A stretch of 248,000 bases of DNA from Wallemia ichthyophaga EXF-994. Taxonomy: Eukaryota > Fungi > Basidiomycota. The DNA lies in contig NW_008806281.1 of NCBI RefSeq assembly GCF_000400465.1, forward strand, positions 20,001 to 268,000. The letters run 5' to 3'. The notes beneath the pieces were generated by a model, which worked only from the letters and a program-made list of their open reading frames with translations, had not been told where the DNA came from and made no database searches. The position numbers were made by a program, and so were the translations under genes. Below, in pieces: positions 147,347-162,959 of this stretch (positions within the stretch are counted from its first letter, which is position 1; every line of letters begins with the position of its first letter).

Positions 147347-149170
147347 TCATCTTCTTCCCGCCTTTGACGGTGTCTGGGTATGATGTGTTTTGCTGCTTCG
147401 CGGTGTGTCACTGATCATGATCTTTTTCATCATGGGCGTAAGCCCTGAGCGATCACCTGACAACAGAGACCGCGTTTTTCGTTCATCTGCCAGCGTCTCC
147501 TCGATTCTCCTCCTACGGTTATCGTTGCGCTGTGATGGCGTCATCTGCATTCTCGATGCGCTTGGTGTGTAAGTGCCCCTATTCTTGCTCATCCCACTGC
147601 CTGTCGGCGTCAGTGGCAATGGCTGTGTTTCTTTGCGACTCTTCGCAGGCGCTGTGCGCATCCCATCAATTATCGTCGTCCGTCTAGGTGGTGTCACGTT
147701 CCGACTCTTGCGCGCTGACATTGGTGCAGATAGCTGTTGGTGTTGTTTTGACTGTGGTTTCTTGAACAATTGCTCCTCACTCTCCTGGCGCAGTTTAATC
147801 GCTTTGACGCGTCGAGTGAGCTCATCATCCTCACTACTCTCACTACTTTCACTACTCTCGCTGGCTCTGCTTGCCAAGTTGAAATTAACCTTCTGTTTCG
147901 GTCTTGGTTTCCCTTTCCCCTTGTGGGATGAGCGCGAGGTGAGCGTCTTGCCTATATCTTTGTCGCTTTCCGATGGGTTGCTGTTACTGCTACTACTGCC
148001 ACTGCTACTGCTGCTCAGTGTCATGCTGCGCCTGTCACGCGGACGCATTCTTCTGTCTCTCTTCCTCTTCTCCCTCAGCGCTCTCTGCTTTGCACTGTCA
148101 TCTGTTAGCTCCTCTTCATCACTGCGCCCGTCCATCGCATATTTCTCTTCTTTGTATTTCCAGAAAGCGTCAAAACTGGTGTCGCCATTGTCGTCATTCG
148201 CAGTGCGATACTCGTTCTTCTTCACCGCAGCTGAGTTTTGGTCGTTGTCACTGTCACTGTCGCTTTCATTACTGCTGCTGTAGCTTTGCCAAGCGGATAG
148301 TCTGTCGTGTGGCAAACCCTCATCACTACCGTCCTCGTCCTCGCTCTCACTCGAAGACAATTCGATCGTCTTGATGTGCTTCGTTGCGCCTCTTACTACG
148401 CTGCCATCTGAGCTGGGAGATGTGTTTCCAATTGTATTCTGCGCCATGTTCCTCTGTACTGAAGATCTTCTACGTTTGCTGGTTGTCGATTGACCTGCAC
148501 GAGCTGTAAAGCGGTAATGTCAGAGTCAGAAGTCAAAAAAAGGAAGGAGTCAGTACTCACACCCACCCATACGCATACCCTTTCTCACGCCCGCATTCTC
148601 CTTGTCATCACTACCACTCAAATCATGCCATTCTGCATCGCTCTCTGAGAAATCAATCACCGTCGGCAAGCCCCTGCTTTTTCTATCGCGGTAGTAAGGT
148701 TCGTGATCGGCGTGTAGCTCCCGATCAGCGCGCAGAAACGCATCAAGATCTTCCTGGTCTCTTTGAGAGCGCTGCTGGTGTATTAGTGCCTGGTGCTGCT
148801 CGAGCAGCTCGCGTTCATGCTCGCTATCCTCGTCTGACGCTCCAGAGTCATCTGTCGCATCACCACCGTCTACACCACCGAATACGAGGTTAGAGTCAAG
148901 CCCGCGTATGTGACCGCGGTCCGAAATTAGCTCGCCTGTTAGTATATCCACTTCATCATCTTCTGCTGCATCTATGTTGCCGTATTTCAACGCTAGCATG
149001 TCCCACGTCTCGCCTAGTTTGAGATTAGAGATGTAGCGCTTGAATGTCACCGCGTCATCCCCGTTGTCCTTGTCGTCCCTGTTGTCACCCGCGTTGCCAT
149101 CGTCAGGTGTGAGATGCTGTGGGGGAATATAATCCTTTCCGTTAAATGGACGTGGAAAGTAGGAAGACAT
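147347..149170 (-). CDS. SCM3: Centromere CENP-A chaperone Scm3-like
   Basis: KYG..DDEVDILTGELISDRGHI. Confidence 0.7.
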
Positions 149171-149254
149171 ATAAAAATATAAAATTAAGTCAATTTATAT
149201 CTCTCTTCAATATCACCTCAATGATGGTTGTCCTAAACGTCGAGAGCGCTGAAT

Positions 149255-149641
149255 ATGCCAGGCCCCTCCAGGAGAAGCAGGACAGGCGCGTCTAAAAGAG
149301 ATATCCACAGAGCATCGAGAACCAAAGCCCGCACTAAGGATCTCGACCAGGTCCAGCTACAAGATTTGCTGCCTGAGAATAAAGCAAAATTGGAGAACCA
149401 GCCTCTGGACGAAAGTTTGCCTGGATTAGGACAGCACTACTGCGTTGAATGCGCTAGATACTTTGAATCTGACGTCTCTCTGTCCGCGCACCAAAAGACA
149501 AAAGTTCACAGAAGACGTCTCAAGAATCTCAAGGAACCTGCTTACACCCAGGCTGAGGCAGACGCTGCTGTCGGTTTGGGCGTCGATAAAACTCAACGAA
149601 ACTCAACTAAGCCACAGTCGATTGAAGTTGATCACAATTAG
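149255..149641 (+). CDS. BUD20: ZNF593/Bud20 zinc finger
   Basis: PGLGQHYCVECARYF..H..KVHRRR. Confidence 0.92.
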   Translation: MPGPSRRSRTGASKRDIHRASRTKARTKDLDQVQLQDLLPENKAKLENQPLDESLPGLGQHYCVECARYFESDVSLSAHQKTKVHRRRLKNLKEPAYTQAEADAAVGLGVDKTQRNSTKPQSIEVDHN

Positions 149642-149751
149642 CCACGGACCTTGTATCTATCACACAGATTTTATGTATCTATAGATTATTTATGCAAACA
149701 AGAATAAATTGAAAAAGCCCTTAAAAAGAATAATTTCGCCTTTACTCAAAC

Positions 149752-152700
149752 TTAAAGACATGAGTTATCGTAGAAGTTGGTTCCGTGTGTTGTTGGTTTC
149801 ACAACTCCTTGTCTGATAACGAAATCACCGAATCCCTCATTTTCCAGCCTCTCAAGCGCGTACTGCTTGATCAATGGGCTGAGTATGTCTAATATCTCTG
149901 GCTCGGTTACCGACTCCTTGAATGGCTTCGCCAATCGTGTTCCGTCAGATGCTCCACCCAATAACATCAAATATGTTCCAGGAGCCCTACCCACGAATGC
150001 TATTTCTCCCATCCATGGTCGAGAGCATCCGTTTGGACATCCAGACATTCTCATCACTATCATGTCGTTCCTCAATCCATTCTTCTCCATGATATTCTCC
150101 ACCTTTCCAACTAACATAGGCAAGTAACGCTCCGATTCCGCCATTGCTAATCCACAAGTTGGTAACGCAACACACGCTGATGAAGACAATCTCAATCCTG
150201 TATAGGTCAAGATATCTAACTTATACTTGTGAAGCAGGTTCTTTATCTCCTCGAGCTGTGAATCCTCAACATCTGAAATTATCAAATGTTGGTTGGCTGT
150301 GAGACGGAATGTACCCTTGTGAATCTTTGCTATTTCACGCAGCCCGGTCTTGTATTGAAGACCATCGATTTCATCTTGGATACGACCGTTTTCCTAAAGG
150401 ATCCAATTAGCATGTCTAATCTTGCAACACTAATACTCACAATAAACATGGTAAAGTGCCACTTTCCATCCTGACCCTGAGCCCATCCATACCTATCGAT
150501 GTTCGAGTCAAACTTGTATGGACGACTCTCTTCCAATTTGTAACCGAGGTATTCATGGAGCTTGCCAACGAATCCAGGTAATGTCAAGTTGTCGATGGTG
150601 TACTTCAGACGAGCATTCTTGCGGTTCTCACGGTTACCATAGTCGCGTTGAACCAACATGATCTTCTCAGCGACGTCGTTGATCTTGTTTGGTGGCACAA
150701 ATCCAATGACATCACCAAGACGTGGATATGTTTTCTTGTTTGAGTGTGTAACACCCATACCACCACTGTGAGCACTGTTAGCGTTTTCTAAAATCTTGTC
150801 TCAACACTCACCCTATCGCAACGTTGAAACCTTCAAGTTGTTGACTTCTCTCATTTACAATCGCAATGAAACCAACATCATTTGCAAAGACATCAACATC
150901 GTTGTGAGGTGGAATAGCAATAGCGATCTTAAACTTTCTTGGCAGGTAGTATGGAGTGTACAATGGCTCCTGATCGACGACAGATTCACCTGCAATCTTC
151001 TTGCCATCTAACCAAATCTCACGGTATGCTGAGGTCTGCGGCAAGAGGTGATCACTCAGTCCCTTAGCAGCTTCGTGCACAACAGCGTGCAAATGCGAGA
151101 ATGTGGGATTGGCCGATGCCAATACGTTTCTGTTGACATCACCACATGCAGCAATAGTATCCAAGGCTGTCTTATTGATTGCTTGCATTGTTGCCTTCAA
151201 GTTACGCTTGATCACACCGTGGAATTGGAATGTTTGTCTTGTAGTAATCTTCATCGACTTATTGGCATACTCATCACCAATCCTGTCAAATGCCAACCAT
151301 TGTGGACCGTTACAAACACCTGCTGGCATACGCACTCTAATCATGAAACTGTATGCTGGCTCCAGCCCTTCATTCTTTCTATCCTCTCTGATATCACGGT
151401 CATCTTGCATATAGGTACCGTGGAACTTGGTCAATTGTGTATCGGCCTCGGCGATAGCCCCAGTAGACTCATCCTCAAGTCCTTGTTCAATTGTACCGCG
151501 GAGGAAGTTGGATGCAATCTTGATGTGCTCATTTGTAACTGGTTCCGGTTCCTTTTCAGTGACTTCGACATCGTCGACACCTAACGCCTTCCACAGCTTT
151601 GGTTCCCAGATCTTGTAACCCGTCTGTGGACCATCTGGATCTTGGTCGTCACCCAATCCAAGGTCGGCAAAACGTGTAGCGCCAAGCTTCTCAAGACGTG
151701 CATCCAAGTCCTTTCCAGGACGATTGTAGAAGTGTGCATCTTCGATTCTTGGCCAATAGTGAGAGTCACCCATACCAAACACACTGAACTTGACGTCATT
151801 CAATGTCTTGAAAACATCAGCTTGTCCGAGCAAGGTGGCCGTGGTCTTGAAAAAGTTTCTTCCGTTTTGTGGTGGCTCACCCTGACCAGCTGTTGAAGAA
151901 ACAAAGACAACGTTTTTCTCGAGCTTCATATCCTCAAATGGGAAGTCATCCATAGCCAAAACTCTAGCAGCAACTCCGCGCAGCTTAGCGCGAGTAGCGA
152001 TGCGCTTAGCAACCTTCTCAGCGTTACCACCGTCAGAAGCAAACAATACGAGCAATGGTGGACCATCCATGTTACCGAGAAGTGAGTCCAATGCTTGCTG
152101 TGCCTTCTTCTTTTGAGCATCCTTCAAACCTTGTCCCTCTGAGCCAACAAGCTGTGGTGCAAGCTGTGGCTTGGATTGAACAAAGTTAGCTAAATGGTTT
152201 TGGCGATCGAGGAAGCTCTTGAGGTCTTCTTTGATACGCTCAGAGTCGAGTGAGAACATGTTGTTGGTTTCTTTTGCTGGGTTCCAACGGTATAACGGCC
152301 AGTAGCCAACGTCGACAGCTGCCTTTGTATCCTTGAGCATTTGAAGTGGAGTAGATTGCTCTGAAGTGTATGGCAAGTGAGCAAGGACAATAGATGGGCC
152401 ATCATACTTGTCAGCTTCCATCAATGCTTGGAGGACTTGGGTGTATGATGAGTACACGGCAACAGATGCGACGTAAACATCTCCGTAGTTCATTGCATAG
152501 AGACCAACATCCTTCTTGCGCTTTGATGGATCTTGGGCGTTTCTCTGATGGTATGGCAATGAATCAATAAGAAGAACGTTTATGTTCTTTCCAGATGCAA
152601 TAACTAATTGATGTCAGCAAAACTTTCAATCAATACTCGTATTCCAACTTACCATGGTGAAGCCCTGAGAATCCTACATCGTACGACCATGCATCAGATC

Positions 152701-154189
152701 CAATAATCCAACGCGATTGTGAAGTGAGCAAACTGGTATTTTCCAAAACATATCGGACCTTTGGATGAGATGGCTTTTCATTTTTTAAGATTTCAACGGC
152801 TGTGTTTGCAAGTGACTGGCTAACTTTCGAGTCATCTTTCTTAATAAGCCATTTTGAGAAAGCTTCGTGAAGTTGATTCGAAACACTGTTTGAGGAGATT
152901 AACTCAGAGATGGCACTAATGACGGACTCTCTCTTGTTGAGATTAGCGAGAGTAGAACCGAATGCAAACTCTGGTGAAGTAATGTCAAGACCCTCTGATG
153001 GTACTTGATCTGGCGAGTTGACAACAGCCAAGTTTTCACCAAAGATTTGTTCCAAGAGTTGAGTGTATGACTTTTCATGCTTAGGTACGTAAACATCGTA
153101 ATTTGCTTTAGCTGCCTCAGAGAGCTTTCCATAGAGCTGACCGTGCTCTGGTTGGTCCTTGTCGAGGTTGGAGTGAACAGATTCAACCACCGTAGCAATC
153201 TTGTCTTGACTTATAGATCCAATAACACTGGACGAAAGCTTTGGTAATTGCCTGTCTGAGGTGGTGAATGCACTGATCACGTCAACAAAAAGTGGAGCGA
153301 ATTGATCAACCTTTTTGGTAACTTGTTCGAGAACGGCAATACGCTCAACAGATGAAGGAATAAGATCAAGGAGTCGCTGATAGTCCATTGGACGGTAAGT
153401 GGTGAGTGCGAGAACTCCAATAGCAGAGTCTTTGTTGACGGAGTTGAGGAAGGCTGAAGAAGCAGAGCCAAAAGTGATAAATAAAGTGTTAGGATCTGAA
153501 GGACCAGAGTAAAAAGAGGTGCGTTGTGGTCTGCGTGTGGCGATGAGTGCCTGCAAGGCGATAGCATCAAAATTTTCGAGCTGCTTAGCAGACTTGTCTG
153601 ATGGTAAGTGAGAAACGCCATTAATACCGTTAGAAGGAGCTTTATCATTTTGGAGGAAGGTAATGATGTCTTGCTGAGAAATTTCACTAAAGTGGTCAAC
153701 GATGGAGGAATCTTCGAAGATGTGAATGACGGAGGAATTGAGCTGAGCAGCAAGCTTGGAAGCAATGAGAGAATGATCGTGAGCTTCAACTAAAGATGAA
153801 GAGTAGATGATTGGAAGACCGGAAGAGCGGAGGGTGAGTATATCGGAGAGGTCACCGGCTTGTTCAATAGACAAATTGAAGACGATTGGCTCATCGTTGA
153901 GTTGCTTAGTAAGAGTAATAATCTCGTTAATCATGTGTGGGTCTGCAAAGCCAGTGACGGAGACAGGACTTGCGCCATTGAGTGCGTGTCTAACGGCGGT
154001 GTCGATTGGCTGAGCTCTGGAATGGAGAGTGGCAATCACAGGATGATTTACAAGGCCAGTGTCATTTGCCAAAATGGAATATGATTGGTCGAATGAAGAT
154101 GGCTGGTTTGAAGGTGGCAACACAGATACCACTGTCTTCGAACTGAGATAAGTAATTCTACCAACCACCTGTGAAATTAAGGTGGCCAT
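149752..154189 (-). CDS. MET5: Sulfite reductase beta subunit
   Basis: Flavodoxin plus NIR/SIR; ACGDVNRN; SGCPNGC. Confidence 0.95.
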
Positions 154190-154559
154190 CTATATACTAA
154201 TTAGCTTTTCCTTTAAATTTCAAGCTTTACTCACTTTTGACTTTGTTGGTCCAAGTTAAAGAAGCGAGTCCGCCAATCTGCATCGATGATGTGCTTCGTA
154301 GTCGTCCACTAAAATTCTTCCGATTACAATTCAGCATTTTATTAAATCTTATTAGCTATCCCGTTGTTAATGTTTTTACACTTAATTCATCTCTCTCCCG
154401 TTCCTTTCCTCATCGGTATCGTCGGTATCGTCGGAATTTTAGTTGTGTTAGCCAAATCCGAATTCAGACGTGTTTCATCAATTGGTACATGTTGCTAATC
154501 TATATTATCCAATCTACACTTTGATACCTCAGTTTAAACTCAGAAACCTTGAAAATTTT

Positions 154560-155082
154560 ATCAGTACTGTTCAATATCTCGATTCCGGCAAACTCACAGC
154601 AGTCACAATCAAATGGACATAAAGCTGTATCGCCACCTTTATCATCATCCATACCAAGCTCATCAAAGGTATACACTGAAAATCCGTCATCGGTCCTTTT
154701 TCCTGTGTATAAACGCGTTAAAAGAGTTTAAGCGTTTAAACCCTGACTCACGCCCACTAGTACCCCTAGAATCAGCAAAGTCGTCTTCTTCCTCGTCTTT
154801 CGGCTGTTTCTTCTGCTTTTCTGGTTTCTTGTCTACAGTACTCGAGCTTGTGTCGACTACAGTAATTGGTGACTGGTCCTCTTTGTCGCCTTTACCAGTA
154901 TTTACATCCTCACTAACTTTCTTTGCTTTCTTCGCCTTCTTCTTTGATGAATTTGAGTTTGGTTTGGACTGCTCTTGCTTCTTCTCATCACCCCGACTTG
155001 TACTACCGCCTGCGAATATATCATCGATCTCATTAGCTTTACGCTTCTTCTCTTGGTCGTTTCCCTTGGCTGACTTGGCCAT
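154560..155082 (-). CDS. DUF1764 family K-rich protein
   Basis: EIDDIFA; DDFADSRGT. Confidence 0.7.
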
Positions 155083-155114
155083 TTCACTCTCTGTTATCAA
155101 CGTTTAACGGTAAA

Positions 155115-157185
155115 ATGGATAGGAATAACAGAATCCAAAAATTAACTTCTTCAAGATTCGGTCAGAGAGCTGCAAACCTTGCCAGCTCCGCAGGTACTTA
155201 TATCGCTTCAAAGGACTATCCACAGCTCGCGAAATCCTTTTACTCATCTGCATCACAAAACGCAAGCGATTTACTCGGATACACAAATGATCCTAACACA
155301 GTTATTGAGGGTACTGATACAATCACCGTCTTCCCAGGCTGGGCTGTCGAGAAAGCTGAAGAATCTGTATACAAACTCCAACTCAGCGGCTACGCGTCCT
155401 GTCTGAGAAGCATCGATAAAGCAACACGATCCCAGCGGGCTTTCATGAAGCTCGCAAGATCATTCGCTGCACTTCCCCCTCTCCCCAACACTACTGCTTC
155501 GTCACAGGAGACATTCAGCAGCGTCGAGGAGGAATTGGAGGAGTTAGAGGCAAGCAATATACCCAAATCTGAACAAGAACAGATTCAACTTGAGCTCAAG
155601 GCTGAGTCGGCTCGTACAGGTGGCTCTAATACTGCTCCTGGTCGCTGGAACGAACAGCCCAGAGTTGCGAATATGATGAAGCCTCAGCAACTAGAAAGAC
155701 AACAAGCTAGCGTACCAAGTATACCTCTTGAAAAGTTGCACACTATGCATGCAAATATGAGTGAGTCGCTCTACCACTCCTCAGTATGCCATCTTACGTC
155801 AATCTTCAGATAAGCGTCTGCAGCCATTCTGGTCCTCTATATTACCCAATAGAATCTTGAAACTCAACGTGTATGCTGTTTGGGGTACTCCTGTCGACAG
155901 GACGGTTGACGAAGTGCCCGAAGCTAAACCGGTCGCCACTACACAAGTAAGAACGAATCAACAAGGCCATTTTGAATATGTGTTTAACATAGTGGGTCGG
156001 ATACTAAATTTGTTTAGCTCTTCTTATAATTCACAGAAAATAGACAACATCCGGAGACCTTCTTGGGTTAAAGATCCATATCAAAAGCCCATAGAGCTGA
156101 AAATCCAGGTAGACCTTCTCCCTCAGATGCTTGACTACAGTTTACGCCCAGGCATAGTACCAACTCCTGACTCAGTTGCCGACGTAACAGCCAGTCAGAT
156201 ACTCCATGTAAAGCTGTCTTCCGATCGTGGCATACGAGTGATATCAGACCTCGACGATACAGTCAGGACGACGGAAATTTTCAACGGGGTCAGAGCCATG
156301 TTCCGCAACGTCTTTGTCAACGATGAAAAAGAAATGGTTATACCAGATATCGTCAACTGGTACAATAACATGTATAAGCAGGGCATAGCAGGGTTTCACT
156401 ATGTGTCTAATTCTCCCTATGAGGCATTCTCAGCAATTAACGACTTTTTCAATATTTCTAATCTCCCACATGGTCATTTCAAGCTCAAGTATTATGGCGG
156501 AAAGTCTCTGCTCGGTGGCTTGTGGGAACCGGCTGCGGAGAGGAAACGAGCAGGTGTGATTGAAATATTGAATGAATTCAAACTTTGCCAGTTTATTCTT
156601 GTCGGAGATAGCGGTGAACAGGATTTGGAGCTGTATTCATCTTTGGCGAGAGAGCGACCTAACCAGATACTGGCAGTCTTTATAAGAGACGTGACAACAC
156701 CAAACGACAAAGATATAAGTAAGGAGAGTACAGGGACGTCTTCTGAGGACGTGTTAATACCACCAGTCCCACCACCGCGAAGCACAAAGCCAGATCTACC
156801 ACCTATGTCACATATACCACCTATAGCACCGAAAGAAAACACTTGCCAGACGAAGAAACCCCCGCCACCGCCTGTGCCTCCTAAACCTTCACTCACACCA
156901 CAGACACATTTGGCGCCAAAGCTTCCATCTAGAAGTGAGACAACGCCATCGTCTTCAATTCGGTCGAAGCCATCATCTATCACTCTTCTGGGCAGTGACA
157001 GCGAACCAATAGAGTTTGAAGCTTATGACGCCGCAGAAGCAAAATTAATGAAACGCATTGATAATTTCATGATGAGATTGGAAAAAGCAAAGATGGAGAT
157101 ACCTGCGCAAGTCATCTTTTGCGTATTTAAAGATGCAAGAGAGGTTGAATCTATAACGGAGACCTTACTCGCAGCTCAAAGATAG
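155115..157185 (+). CDS. App1-like phosphatidate phosphatase
   Basis: ISDLDDT; YVSNSP; GDSGEQD. Confidence 0.88.
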
Positions 157186-157311
157186 ACTTACAACGGTTTT
157201 ATAAGCTAACGACATAACGCACAATTTGTATCTGTAGCAATAATTTATTTAATGTTCTTTGCAATTTATTTGAATGACGAATAAATATAATAATACAATA
157301 GAGCTAAAGGT

Positions 157312-158620
157312 TCAACTAAGCTTCTTCGATTCCACCGACACCCAGTGCATATGTAGCTTCAGTTTCCTAGACAATATGAGCTTAATAATACATCGCCTCA
157401 TTATACTTACAGGTAAGTCTGGTGAATCTGACAACTTTGCAATGCGCTCGTTGCCTCTGCCTTTGCGAAGATAGATGCGTGTTGTGGATGCATGACCGAG
157501 AACGTGACCCCCGACAGGTTTTTTGTCGGCTGCTGCAAATGTCGTCATGGCGCCAGGATCAGCTTGTACGTGATTAGAGATAAGAATCGCGACGTTGAAT
157601 TCTTCAGCGAGTCTAATCAGACGTGTCAAATGCTATTATGCGACTACGTCAGCTTTGAACCACTAATCAGACTAACGACGCACCTGATTCAGTTTTTGCT
157701 GGCGCTCAGAAAGTTCCCCTCGGCCGCTGTAATCGGTTCTGAATAGCGCAAGAATCGAGTCGACAACGACCAGCTGAGAATCATGTCAATTTGCTACGCT
157801 AGCTTGTAGCTTTACTCACTCTGTAGATGCCACCCTCGTCAGCCATTTTAGCTGCCAGAGTGTTCAGCAAGTCCATCTGTCTACTCAAGGTAAGAGTTTA
157901 CATTAAATTAAGAGTCGCACATACTGCTCTGAATTGAATGCGCGCGCAACAGTGATATTATCAAGAGCTGCCTCCTCATCCATGTTAAATCTTGCCGCAA
158001 TTGACCTGATCCTGTCTGGACGGAAAGTGCCTTCGGTGTCAATGTAGGCAGCTTTACCACTAGCGCCGCCCATGTCTTGGGGCAACTGAACAGTAACGCA
158101 AGCAGTGTGGCAGAGTTGAGTTTTTCCTGTTCTGAATTCACCATATACCTCTGTTATGGCTTGTGATTGAACACCTGCTATACAGGTGGTGAGTATAGGT
158201 GCGAAAGACGACCAAACGCACCCCCAAGAATAGCGTCGAATGCTTTCGAGCCAGTGGAGATGTTGCATATGCTTTCACGCTTCTTAGCGACCTCTGCAGC
158301 GGTTAAGAAACCAGTCTTTGAGCACTTCTGAGCGGCTTCCTTGATCTTCTCGACTTTAACCTCGGAAAGACCCTAGCTTGATTGTGAGTATGTAGATAGC
158401 AGTTAGTATTGAAGCTATCTGCCTTGATTTTGAGCAATTGACGACGAGTAACTTGCAAAACGGCCATAACGGTGCTAATTCCGCCGTTGCGCAGTTTAGT
158501 GATATCAGCAGCATTGATATTGTACTGCTGGAGCGTATCAATGTGATCAAAAGTAGTCTCTGGTGCTTGCTAAGAGATGAGCGTTAGAGATGGAGATGAC
158601 TAGAGATCTTCAAAGATGCT
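157312..158620 (-). CDS. DMC1: Meiotic recombinase
   Basis: [10 protein letters not shown]; [34 protein letters not shown] (DMC1-type). Confidence 0.85.
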
Positions 158621-158766
158621 CTACATTTTCATTAAGAACTTCTGATTGGTCAACGACTGAAGGTGTTTGTGACATGCTTTGAATAATTTATTTCGTTTTG
158701 TTGGTGGACGTTGGTTATAAACCTCCTCAGAAATATACATCGAACATGGCCGCAACTGGAGAAACT

Positions 158767-160329
<1,563 letters not shown>

Positions 160330-160419
160330 ATATAAAATCTGATTATGATTAAGTTATATGTGTATAAAATACAATAAATAATGCAAAAGTTAGCTTTCTA
160401 TATATATGGTACGTAAAGG

Positions 160420-161100
160420 CTAGGATTGACCATTTGTTTGCCTATATTCTTTCAGTATTTGATGCACGGCAACAGAGTTTCGAATGTTTTCATCAGCGAG
160501 CTTCTCAAAAGCTTCCGTGACGCGTTTATATGCTGCTTCTAGATCCGCTGTTCTGGTGGTAGTGTTGTTGGGAAGATTGAATTGACTTGAATAATTATCA
160601 TCATCATCGAAACCTCTCATACTCATTCTAGCAGGCGGTCGTTGTGGGTAGCCTTCTTGGGAATATGACGGGCTAGCTGAATGATTCATGTAGTCATCCA
160701 AAACAGATTCAGTCTGTCTGTCTCTATCTTTCATTTTGAGTGTATCTCGTCGATTGTCGATATCATCAAGTGCTTTTTCTTCTTCAGTATCGGTGACTTG
160801 ATCAAGCTCCTTTCGCACACGCTTAAACCAAAGCGGATCGGCGTTCTTATGTGCGTCTTTGGATTTCAAGAGATTCCGTAGTACTTCAATGTCGTTGTCG
160901 CTGTTCTCTTCAAATACCTTTAATTGTTGAGTATGGCTATGGTTGCTGCTCGTACCCTCCACTTGATAGTTGAGTTGATCTCTCTGATGCTGTAAAACCA
161001 GGATACGCCTTCTCATCAAACGCTCTCTACTGTCGAATTCTTGTAGAGTATCTCTTACGAGGACTGCAAGATTTTTAAGCTCGTTTGCATTAGGATAATC
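160420..161100 (-). CDS. Hypothetical coiled-coil protein
   Basis: 199-aa ORF. Confidence 0.45.
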   Translation of the reverse strand, partial: DYPNANELKNLAVLVRDTLQEFDSRERLMRRRILVLQHQRDQLNYQVEGTSSNHSHTQQLKVFEENSDNDIEVLRNLLKSKDAHKNADPLWFKRVRKELDQVTDTEEEKALDDIDNRRDTLKMKDRDRQTESVLDDYMNHSASPSYSQEGYPQRPPARMSMRGFDDDDNYSSQFNLPNNTTTRTADLEAAYKRVTEAFEKLADENIRNSVAVHQILKEYRQTNGQS

Positions 161101-161268
161101 TGAGCGTGATTGGGTTAGTTGATTTGTGGGTAAAGCTTATTAACGTACTAGCGAAATTATTCTTTAAAATTTCAATCTCCTTGCGAAGGTTGCTGTTCTC
161201 CTCAATCACTCTCTTTATCTCCATTTGTTATGATGTGATGATGGAAAAGGTGGAACAAGGGAATATGT

Positions 161269-162830
161269 TCAGCTCATAACCATAACCTCTGCATAAATAA
161301 CAAAGAATCCTACCAAAGCTGTTATTATCAGTGGAAATATGTTCATCCACAAAAACTGCAGACGCGCTATCCTGATTCCTTTTGATTTCAGTATCTTATC
161401 CCATAGTAGCCCCGCTAAGCTAGCCGAGAGCGTGAATGAGTATGCACCAATATTGCTTCCGAAAGCTATACCGAGCATCCCTGCACGTACTGTTTTTGGA
161501 TTCCTGCTCGACTGAACGAGAACTTGGGACATAAGCACAGTTGCACCGATGTTAGTGCTGCCATTGCACAGCACTATCTCTATCAAACCCAATACCCACA
161601 CTGCCCGTAAAGTATCATCACCTATTGCTTTCTGTGCCCAACTGGCAAAGATGTCTATCCAGCCAACTGCTTGCAATGAGTTGACGAGAATGAATTGTGT
161701 GATGGCAAATGGTATAAGGGCGAATGGCAGACGGCTACCAACTGTCAACACGGTAGGAAATGACAGGTTGACAGTTCGCAGCCACCCAATCCTCTTCTCC
161801 ACCTTGCTCTTGAATTTGGCATGATGGCGCCAGTCATGTACCAGGTCTCTAACAAAGACAACGAATGCAGCGGGTATTGTAATCCAACAAACATGCATAC
161901 CTTCAATCAAAACGCTGCAAATGACCAATGAAACCAGTGTTGCTGTTAATATCACGCTGCTAAAGATTGCCCCAGTTCTATCAATCAAGACACTGCGAGG
162001 ATTGACCTCAGGTGCGCTCAAGCGAGAAGGGATATACACTTCGTTATCATCACGACTGAGTAATTTGTTGTATGGTGAGAATTGAATGAACAAAACTCCT
162101 AGCAATGCTATTGCAGAGAAGAAGACTGGTAAAATGAGATAAAGCGCGTAAGTGAGGAAGCTAGTAGAAGTTGTAGACGTTAAAACTAAATTGGTTGGAT
162201 TCGAAGGTGGGAGTACTGCCGATGCTAAGTTCGCCGCTGTGAACTGAGAGAACAGAAACGCGATTGGTGGATGGAGTCCAGTAACTCTAGTAAAGTAAGC
162301 CAGAAATGCCGTTCCACTTAATATAACTGGATCCTGTAAATATACACATAAGCGTCTGCCGAGATAAGGTCAAGAGCACTTACATTCCCGACGAACGTGG
162401 CTAGAAAGATAAAGAAGCAATAAAAGTAAGCATATAAAGCGTATCCAGAGTTTTTGCCTTTATTTGATACCCAAAATGCAAGATACTGGAGTAATCCCGT
162501 TGCATCGAGCGATAACGCAATATAAGCCTATGAAATCATAAGCTTTGATAGTACAAGGAATGCAATCAATAAACCTCACCAGTGACAAGAACAGTAGGAG
162601 AATATCATACGGCCTTAGATGAGTCTCATCGCCTACGAAACCGTATTTCAACTGCTCTCCACCGATGCACCTGCTAGCCAATAGCACGATGATGCAGAGA
162701 ATTGGAACGGTGTGAAGGTTTAAATAGATGCTGAAATTGTTGAAATTGATTTTGAATGGCTTCAGTGTAAAGAAATTGCTAATCAAGAAGAAGATTATGG
162801 TCACTATAGCCTCATACCTCATAGTTAAGC
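161269..162830 (-). CDS. ArsB/NhaD-superfamily membrane transporter
   Basis: TNIGAT; GSNIGAYS..ASLAGLLW. Confidence 0.8.
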
Positions 162831-162959
162831 ATGAAGGGACAGTCACGAACACAACGTCAAACTTGAAGTTACAATGCAGAAATTTAAAATTCATGCTAGC
162901 TAGAATACTATCGAGATATGCTAAAAAAAGAAAAAGAAAGTAAATCAGACATGTAAGAT

